From Candidatus Eiseniibacteriota bacterium (lineage in GTDB: Bacteria > Eisenbacteria > RBG-16-71-46), in NCBI GenBank assembly GCA_044222065.1, contig JBGAOA010000065.1, positions 1 to 23,209 on the forward strand: DNA of 23,209 nucleotides, in the 5' to 3' direction. The notes beneath the pieces were generated by a model, which had not been told where the DNA came from, did not search any database, and saw only the letters and a list, made by a program, of their open reading frames with translations. This document shows, piece by piece, positions 8,839-15,160 of the stretch (position 1 is the first letter of the stretch; every line of letters starts with the position of its first letter). The position numbers and the translations under genes are program-made.

Positions 8839-8868
8839 TTGACGATGCGCGCGAGCGCTCGCTAGATT
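8839..8868 (+). promoter_or_regulatory. Sigma70 promoter for tRNA-Glu
   Basis: TTGACG (8839-8844), 18-nt spacer, TAGATT (8863-8868), GC-rich discriminator. Confidence 0.7.
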
Positions 8869-8899
8869 GCCGCCCGCTTCGGCCGCAGAGCAGGCGTGT

Positions 8900-8975
8900 G
8901 GCGCTATCGTCTAGGGGTCTAGGACAGGTGGTTCTCAGCCATCAGACCGGGGTTCGAATCCCCGTAGCGCTACCA
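8900..8975 (+). tRNA. tRNA-Glu (anticodon CTC)
   Basis: Acceptor stem GGCGCTA/TAGCGCT (G1-U72), anticodon arm GGTGG-TTCTCAG-CCATC, T-arm CGGGG-TTCGAAT-CCCCG, discriminator A, encoded CCA. Confidence 0.97.
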
Positions 8976-8991
8976 ACCTTCGATCGATCTC

Positions 8992-9024
8992 ACGCGCGCG
9001 TTCCCGACGCGCGCGTCGTCGTTT
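8992..9024 (+). terminator. Hairpin after tRNA-Glu
   Basis: ACGCGCGCGT-TCCCG-ACGCGCGCGT forms a 10-bp stem (8992-9016), followed by CGTCGTTT. Confidence 0.6.
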
Positions 9025-9076
9025 GAACGCCGCGGACCCGCTCGCCGGACGCGCGCGAGCGGCCGATACTGCCCGC

Positions 9077-10627
9077 ATGTCCTCGAACCCGTCGCGTGCC
9101 CGCACGCTCGCCCAGTTGGCGTCGTGGATCGTGCTGCTCGCTCCGCTCGCGTGGGGCGCGCACCAGCCGAACTCGTGGGACGTGGACAACATCGCGCCCG
9201 GGTCCGTGCTCAAGGGGCTGAGCCAGCATTTCGGACCGCAGTGGTACTCGTCCTACGGTCCGCTGCCGTACTACCTCGTCGCGCTCGTCTACCTGCCGTT
9301 CCTCGCGCTCTTCCGGTTCACAGGTGAACTCGGCGCGCCCTCCGCGACGTATCCGTGGGGCTTCTCGCACCCCGACGTCTCGGTTTTCCTGCTCGTCGTC
9401 CTCGCTCGGCTCGTCACGTTCGCGCTCGCGATGTGGTCGATCGTGCAGGTCGAGCGCGAACCGCACACCGACGGCGCTCGGCGTCCGTGGCTCGCGCCGC
9501 TCGCGTTCACGGGGTCGGCGGCGTTCTGCTACTACGCCCGCACCTCGAACGTGGATCTCTTCTACGTGGCGTGGCTGTTCGTCGCGTTCCATCTCGCGGA
9601 ATCCGCTTCGACGCGAGCGGGGCTCGCGGCCGCGGCCGCCGCCGCCGTGTGCGCCGTCTGTTCGAAGGAGCAGGCGGCGCCGTTCGCGGCCGCGGCGATC
9701 GGACTCGCGCTGTGGCGCGCGCGTTCGCTGCCCGGCTCCGCGCTGCGTCACGTGCTCGCCGTGTGCGCCGCCGCGGGGCTCACCTACGCGCTGCTCTGGA
9801 AGCTGCCGCTCCACTTCGACGGCTGGCGCTCGCATCACGACTTCGTGTTCCACGTCGCGCGCTACCCGCGAACGTATCCGCTCACGCCCGACGGACTCGC
9901 GCAGATGGCCCGGCGTTTCGTCGAACTCATGCCGGTCGCGTTCGGTTGGCCCGCGCTGCTCGGACTCGCGCTCGTGTTCGTCGTGCGCCCGAAGCTCTCG
10001 GGGCTCGGCGCGCGCGCCGTCGGCTCGGCGCTCTATCTCGCGGGATTCCTCGCGCCGATCGGCTACATCTACCCGCGCTTCCTGCTGCCGCTCCTCGTGC
10101 TCGTCGTGCCGCTCGCGCTGCGGGGCTGGGAGGGCGCGTTCGCGCGCTGGGGACGAATCGGCGCCGTTCGCGCGGCGCTCGCCGTGGCACTCGTCGCCGC
10201 GTGGGTCCCCGGCGGACCCGACCTCGCGCGCGTACAACTCGCCGACACGCGCGTGCGCGTCGAATCGTGGCTGCGCCGGCTGCCGCCCGGCACGTCGTTC
10301 GAGATCGCGGGCAATCCGCGCTTCCAGGCCCGTCCGCCGAAGGGCACGCCGATCGAGATCGTCTCGCCCGAGGATCTGTCGAAGGCGCCGCGGGCGCCGC
10401 GCCGCGACGTCGTGCTCATCTCGTCGGTGGACGGCGGGTTCTTCTACAAGGACCCGGTCGTGAAGGCCGCGTGGTGCGACTCGCTCGCGGACTCGACGCG
10501 ATGGCGCAGGTCGATCGCGTGGCCCGACCAGGGATTCGGGAGCGCGCGCGGCCTCATCGTTTCGCCGATCGTGACGGCCTACGTGCGGCGCGGCACGCGC
10601 GCCGAGGGTGCGCCGCCTCTGCGCTGA
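9077..10627 (+). CDS. Polytopic membrane protein, probably a GT-C glycosyltransferase (PMT/ArnT-like)
   Basis: ORF 9023..10627 with ATG at 9077. About 10 hydrophobic segments, an acidic motif after TM1 (SWDVDN), YGPLPYYL, ARTSNVD, CSKEQ and YPRFLLP, plus a soluble C-terminal domain. GATACT lies 6 nt upstream of the ATG. Confidence 0.65.
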   Translation: MSSNPSRARTLAQLASWIVLLAPLAWGAHQPNSWDVDNIAPGSVLKGLSQHFGPQWYSSYGPLPYYLVALVYLPFLALFRFTGELGAPSATYPWGFSHPDVSVFLLVVLARLVTFALAMWSIVQVEREPHTDGARRPWLAPLAFTGSAAFCYYARTSNVDLFYVAWLFVAFHLAESASTRAGLAAAAAAAVCAVCSKEQAAPFAAAAIGLALWRARSLPGSALRHVLAVCAAAGLTYALLWKLPLHFDGWRSHHDFVFHVARYPRTYPLTPDGLAQMARRFVELMPVAFGWPALLGLALVFVVRPKLSGLGARAVGSALYLAGFLAPIGYIYPRFLLPLLVLVVPLALRGWEGAFARWGRIGAVRAALAVALVAAWVPGGPDLARVQLADTRVRVESWLRRLPPGTSFEIAGNPRFQARPPKGTPIEIVSPEDLSKAPRAPRRDVVLISSVDGGFFYKDPVVKAAWCDSLADSTRWRRSIAWPDQGFGSARGLIVSPIVTAYVRRGTRAEGAPPLR

Positions 10628-10648
10628 TTCCGCGCGGTCCCGCGGCCG

Positions 10649-11131
10649 TCAGGGCGCCTGCAGCCGCACGCCGCCGTCCGCGCCGCGCACGATCAGGCCT
10701 TCTTCGCCGCCTTCGCCCGCGACGCGCAGCAGCGTGCGCGAGCCGCCGTCGCGTCCCGCGAGGTAGATCGCCGGCGTGCCGCCCTCTTCGAGCGCGAGCT
10801 CGAGGCGATTGACGCCGCGCTCGTCCGTGAGGCGCAGCATCACCCGGCCGTCGGCTCCGAGCCGCAGGAACGTGCGCGCCTTCTCCTGGACGTTGTTGAG
10901 GCGCAGCCCCACGGCGCCGTCCGGGAACGCGGTCCATTCTCCGCGCTCTCGCCCCTTCGAATCCTTCACGACGAAGCGCCGCGCCTCGACCACGGAGTGG
11001 ACGGGAAGGAACTGCCAGGCGAGCAGCGCCACCACCAGGAGCAGCGCCATGAACAGGACGCCCATGAGCCGGCGCTGGCCACCTTCGAGCCGCTGGATCC
11101 GCGCCTCGAGCGCGGCGGACGAGACTTCCAT
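10649..11131 (-). CDS. Hypothetical single-pass membrane protein (160 aa) with ~23-aa beta-hairpin-like repeats
   Basis: Strong SD GAGGAGG upstream of ATG at 11131. Coiled-coil LEARIQRLE, then TM LMGVLFMALLLVVALLAWQFL, then repeated h-x-h-x-D-x-x-G-x-x-R units. Confidence 0.8.
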   Translation of the reverse strand: MEVSSAALEARIQRLEGGQRRLMGVLFMALLLVVALLAWQFLPVHSVVEARRFVVKDSKGRERGEWTAFPDGAVGLRLNNVQEKARTFLRLGADGRVMLRLTDERGVNRLELALEEGGTPAIYLAGRDGGSRTLLRVAGEGGEEGLIVRGADGGVRLQAP

Positions 11132-11280
11132 TCGGCAACCTCCTCGGAGAACCGTCGATTCGGGAATCGTTTCGGCCGGGGGAACGCGCCGCTTCGGCGC
11201 ATCCGTCGGCGCGGCGTTTTTCGCGGTGACGCTCGCAAATTGCATCCGAGTGAGCGCCTAAGGCATTACAGGTCTTTTGC

Positions 11281-11310
11281 TTGACACGTTTTTGGTCGGC
11301 TGCCTAATAT
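11281..11310 (+). promoter_or_regulatory. Sigma70 promoter of the polysaccharide operon
   Basis: Perfect TTGACA (11281-11286), 18-nt spacer, TAATAT (11305-11310), in a conspicuously AT-rich patch. Confidence 0.75.
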
Positions 11311-11600
11311 GCCGCCTTCCCAACTGCACAGCCGGGTCAAACTCATACCCGGATGGAGGTCCCTGTCAACCCCGACGGCCATCCCCACGTCGTCGGCCTC
11401 GCGCTGCCGTGCCGCAGCCGCTCCGAGGCCGCAGCCACCGCTTCCGGCATGAACCTCGCTGGTTCCGCCGCGGGCAGGGCTAGATTTCCCTTCGACACGT
11501 TCCATCGAGCGCGCTCGTTCGCGCCCCGGCCGGCCGCCGGGGAGGCGGCGTTTCGCTCGTCCGCGCGTTCGCGATCGGTCCTCGAGGCGGCAGGCCTGAG

Positions 11601-14222
11601 ATGCGGCTGAAGAAAGTCCCACGATTCGTCGTCCTGACGCTCGGGTACACGGTGCTCGTCCAGATCGCGTACCTGCTGTCGTTGTGGCTGCGCTTCGAGG
11701 GCGACGTTCCGGCGCGTTACTGGGACGGCTACCTCCAGGTGGCGCCGTGGTTCACGCTGCTGTCGCTCGCGGGCTACTTCCTCGCCGGTCTCTATCACGG
11801 CCTGTGGCGCTACGCGAGCACGGTGACGCTGTTCCAGGTCTTCAAGGGCGTCACGCTGTCGGCGGCGGCGCTCGTCGGCATCCTCGTGTTCGTCCCCGAG
11901 CTGCTCTTCCCGCGCAGCCTCGTCGTGATGGTGTGGCTGTGGGAGCTCGTTCTGCTCGGCGGCGCCCGCTTCGCGTGGCGCATCTCGCGCGAGCGCGTGC
12001 TCGGCCCCGTGCCGCACCGCGCGCTGCGCACGATCGTCGTCGGCGCCGACCACACCGGCGTTCACCTCGTGCAGGAGATGCGGCGCGCGCCCGAAGAGGG
12101 CCCCGAGGTGCTGAACCCGGTCGGGTTCATCGACGACGACCAGCGACTCACCGGGCACCTCGTCGAGGGCGTGCGCGTGTGGGGCACGATCGCCGACCTG
12201 CCCGCGGTGCTCGAGGAACAGCGCGTCGAGATGGTGATCGTCTCGGACGCCGACATGCCCGCGAAGGTCGTGCGCGAGATCGCGCGCTTCTGCGCCGAGG
12301 CGAACGTGCGCGTGAAGACGCTGCCCGGGCTCTCCGACCTGCAGCACGGGCGCCCGGCGCTCGCGCAGATGCGCGACATGCGCATCGAGGACCTGCTCGG
12401 CCGACAGCCCGTGCACCTGAATCTCGGCGAGCTCGCGGAGTTCCTGCGCGGCCAGCACGTGCTCGTGACCGGCGCGGGCGGCTCGATCGGGTCCGAGCTC
12501 GTGCGCCAGGTCGCGGGTTTCGCGCCGGCGTCGCTCGTCCTGCTCGACCACGCCGAGAACGGGCTGTACTTCATCCACAACGAGATCGCCGCCGCCCACC
12601 CCGAACTGTCGCTGCACCCGCTCGTCGCCGACATCAAGGACCACGCCGGGCTGGAGCTCGCCTTCCGGCGCTTCAAGCCGAGCGTCGTGTTCCACGCGGC
12701 CGCGCACAAGCACGTGCCGCTGCTCGAAGTGAGCCCGCGCGAGGCCGTGCTCAACAACGTCGTCGGCACTCGCAACCTCGCCGAGCTCGCGGACCGCTTC
12801 GGCGTCGTGAAGTTCGTGCTCATCTCGACGGACAAGGCGGTGAATCCGACGAGCGTGATGGGCGCCTCCAAGCGCGTGTGCGAGATGCTGCTCCAGGCGC
12901 GCGCCGCGCGTAGCCGCACGCGCTACGTCGCCGTCCGCTTCGGCAACGTCCTCGGCAGCGACGGCTCGGTCATTCCGCTGTTCCAGAAGCAGATCGCGCG
13001 CGGCGGACCGATCACCGTCACGCATCCCGAGGCGCGCCGCTACTTCATGACGATCCCCGAGGCCGTGCGGCTCGTGCTGCAGGCGGGCGCCATGGGCCGC
13101 GGAGGCGAAGTGTTCCTGCTCGACATGGGCGAGCAGGTGCGCATCGTGGACCTCGCGCGGCAGCTCATCCGCATGCAGGGCCTGCGCGAGGGCGACGACA
13201 TCGAGATCCAGTTCACCGGCCTGCGCCCGGGCGAGAAGCTCTACGAGGAGCTGCACTCCGACACGGAGCGCACGCGCATCACGCGCCACGAGCGCATTCT
13301 CGTCTGGGAGCTGCACGCGAAGGAGGAATCGCTGCTGCTCGGCGAAGTGTCGGATCTCGAGCGGCTCGCCGTGGACGGCGATCCCGAGTCCGTGAAGCGC
13401 CAGCTGCACGTCATCGTGCCCGAGTACGTGGAGCCGCGATTCGACGGCGCCGCGGCGCCCGTGCGCGCCGACGCCGAGCCGGTCGTCGAGCTGCCCGGCA
13501 TCGCGGGGGAGCGTCCGGCGCGCGACCGCATCGCGAACTGGGGCGAGCGCCTCGTCGCGTGGGCGCACTCGGCGGCCGCGATCCTGCTGCTCGTCGTCGC
13601 CTCGCCGCTGTGGCTGCTGCTGTGGTTCGAGGCGCGGCGAACCGGCCGCGACCTGTACGTCGCCGAGTCGCGAATCGGCCGGTCGCGCCGCCTCGGTCAG
13701 CGCCGCCGCGGCCGCGCGAATCCCGCGATCGACCGGCGCAGCATCGAGCGCCGCACACAGGATCTGCTCGGCCAGCGCATCCAGTGCCTGCGATTCGCGC
13801 CGGACAACGGGCCCGTGTCGCGCTACGTGCGCCGTCGCCGGCTCGACGCGCTGCCGTACCTGCTGAACGTGCTGCGCGGCGAGATGGCGCTCGTCGGCCC
13901 GCGCGCCGAGAGCGAGGACCTCGCGCTGCGCTGCCGCGGCGTGATCCCCGACTACGAGCGGCGCTTCCGCGTGCTCCCCGGCGTCACGGGCCTCGCGCAG
14001 CTCGCCGGCTGTCCGGACGACACTCCGGAGTGCATCCGGCGCCGCGTTCACTACGACCTGCACTACGTCGAGCACCGCAGCTGGGTCCTCGACGTTCGCA
14101 CGCTGTTCCGCACCGCGGCGGAGGTGTTCCGTCGCGAGCGTTCCCATCCGCCCGTCCGAACGGAGGCTCCGGCAGAGGCCGAAGTCGAAGCCGCCTCCGC
14201 GGTCAAAGGAGTGACCCGATGA
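11601..14222 (+). CDS. CapD/WbpM/PglF-type membrane UDP-sugar 4,6-dehydratase fused to a C-terminal monotopic phosphoglycosyl transferase-like (Bac_transf) domain
   Basis: Four N-terminal TMs with GLYHGLWRYAS and FPRS; a linker domain with IVVGA and VGFIDDD; an SDR domain with IEDLLGR, TGAGGSIG, FHAAAHKHVP, STDKAVNPTSVMGASK, VRFGNVLGS, RYFMTIPEA and GLRPGEKLYEEL. From ~13530 the PGT-like domain has LLVVASPLW, LDALPYLLNVLRGEMALVGPR, PGVTGLAQ and DLHYVEHRSWVLD. Confidence 0.92.
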   Translation: MRLKKVPRFVVLTLGYTVLVQIAYLLSLWLRFEGDVPARYWDGYLQVAPWFTLLSLAGYFLAGLYHGLWRYASTVTLFQVFKGVTLSAAALVGILVFVPELLFPRSLVVMVWLWELVLLGGARFAWRISRERVLGPVPHRALRTIVVGADHTGVHLVQEMRRAPEEGPEVLNPVGFIDDDQRLTGHLVEGVRVWGTIADLPAVLEEQRVEMVIVSDADMPAKVVREIARFCAEANVRVKTLPGLSDLQHGRPALAQMRDMRIEDLLGRQPVHLNLGELAEFLRGQHVLVTGAGGSIGSELVRQVAGFAPASLVLLDHAENGLYFIHNEIAAAHPELSLHPLVADIKDHAGLELAFRRFKPSVVFHAAAHKHVPLLEVSPREAVLNNVVGTRNLAELADRFGVVKFVLISTDKAVNPTSVMGASKRVCEMLLQARAARSRTRYVAVRFGNVLGSDGSVIPLFQKQIARGGPITVTHPEARRYFMTIPEAVRLVLQAGAMGRGGEVFLLDMGEQVRIVDLARQLIRMQGLREGDDIEIQFTGLRPGEKLYEELHSDTERTRITRHERILVWELHAKEESLLLGEVSDLERLAVDGDPESVKRQLHVIVPEYVEPRFDGAAAPVRADAEPVVELPGIAGERPARDRIANWGERLVAWAHSAAAILLLVVASPLWLLLWFEARRTGRDLYVAESRIGRSRRLGQRRRGRANPAIDRRSIERRTQDLLGQRIQCLRFAPDNGPVSRYVRRRRLDALPYLLNVLRGEMALVGPRAESEDLALRCRGVIPDYERRFRVLPGVTGLAQLAGCPDDTPECIRRRVHYDLHYVEHRSWVLDVRTLFRTAAEVFRRERSHPPVRTEAPAEAEVEAASAVKGVTR

Positions 14223-15160
14223 AGCTCGCCTCGCGTTGGCTGTCCGCAGTCGCGCTCGCGCTCGCGCTGTCCGCGCCGCAGGCGCGCGCCGCCGACTACG
14301 TGCTCGGTACGGACGACGAACTCAGCATCTCGGTGTGGCTGCATCCCGAGATGGAGAAGCGCGTCACGATCGGCAAGGAGGGCTCGATCGCGTTCCCGCC
14401 GATCGGCGAGGTCGCCGCCTCGGGCCTCACCCCGAAGCAGCTCGGCGACCGGCTCGCGGACCGGCTCTCGGCCTACCTGCGGCAGACGACGAGCGTGACC
14501 GTCACCGTCACGCGCTTCATGAGCCACAGCATCTACGTGACGGGAGCGGTGAACGCGCCCGGCCGGTACGGCTTCGAAGAGATCCCCGACCTGCTCACCG
14601 TGATCACGACCGCGGGCGGCGCCGTTCCGGGCTCGGACCTCACGCGCGTGCAGCTGATCCGCCGCGAGGGCGAGGGCAAGGGCACGCGCAGCGTGGACGT
14701 GCTGAACGCTCAGCGCACCGGCGACATCACGTCGCTGCCGAAGCTCATGCCCGGCGACGTGCTGTTCCTGCAGTCGTTCGTCGGCGCGTACGCCGCCGCG
14801 CCCGGCGACGGCTTCGCGGTGCTCGGCGAGGTGCAGAAGCCGGGCATCTACCAGGCGGGCCCCGGCACGAACGCGTGGATGGCGCTCGCGCTCGCCGGCG
14901 GCACGACGAAGGACGGCGACCTCGCGAAGGTCAAGATCGTCAACGTGCGCGGCGACGGCCAGCAGGTGAGCACGATCGACCTGCAGGACGTGCTCGCGCG
15001 CGGCGCGAGCCGCGTCGTCGAAGTGAAGCCCGGCGACGTGCTGTACGTTTCGCGGCGCGGAGCCACGTTCGGCACGGTGCTGACGCAGGCGCTCGCGCTG
15101 TCGCGCGACCTCGTCAACGTCGCGATCCTCGTGGATTATCTCGACAACAAGACGAAATGA
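14219..15160 (+). CDS. wza: Polysaccharide export protein (Wza/OPX family, SLBB domains)
   Basis: ATGA overlap with the upstream stop; SD AAAGGAG; signal peptide; Poly_export motif DYVLG..DELSISVW...V...G.I.FP.IGEV.ASGLT; two SLBB units (VTGAVNAPG, VLGEVQKPG, PGDVL). Confidence 0.88.
   Translation: MKLASRWLSAVALALALSAPQARAADYVLGTDDELSISVWLHPEMEKRVTIGKEGSIAFPPIGEVAASGLTPKQLGDRLADRLSAYLRQTTSVTVTVTRFMSHSIYVTGAVNAPGRYGFEEIPDLLTVITTAGGAVPGSDLTRVQLIRREGEGKGTRSVDVLNAQRTGDITSLPKLMPGDVLFLQSFVGAYAAAPGDGFAVLGEVQKPGIYQAGPGTNAWMALALAGGTTKDGDLAKVKIVNVRGDGQQVSTIDLQDVLARGASRVVEVKPGDVLYVSRRGATFGTVLTQALALSRDLVNVAILVDYLDNKTK

Noticed and set aside
8900..11131. tRNA-Glu as the attachment site of an integrated element
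   Set aside because: No integrase, no duplicated tRNA 3' end and no compositional shift was seen.
11586..11598. GGCGGCAGGCCTG as an RfaH ops element
   Set aside because: It lacks the conserved T of GGCGGTAG, the TG spacing is off, and such a match is likely by chance at this GC content.
12826..12873. Met replacing Tyr in the SDR YxxxK motif (VMGASK) as a sign of inactivation
   Set aside because: MxxxK is normal in CapD/WbpM/PglF-type dehydratases.
14236..15156. N-terminal extension of the 1050-aa Wzc ORF
   Set aside because: It is an off-frame shadow over wza; the real start is ATG 15157, overlapping the wza stop.
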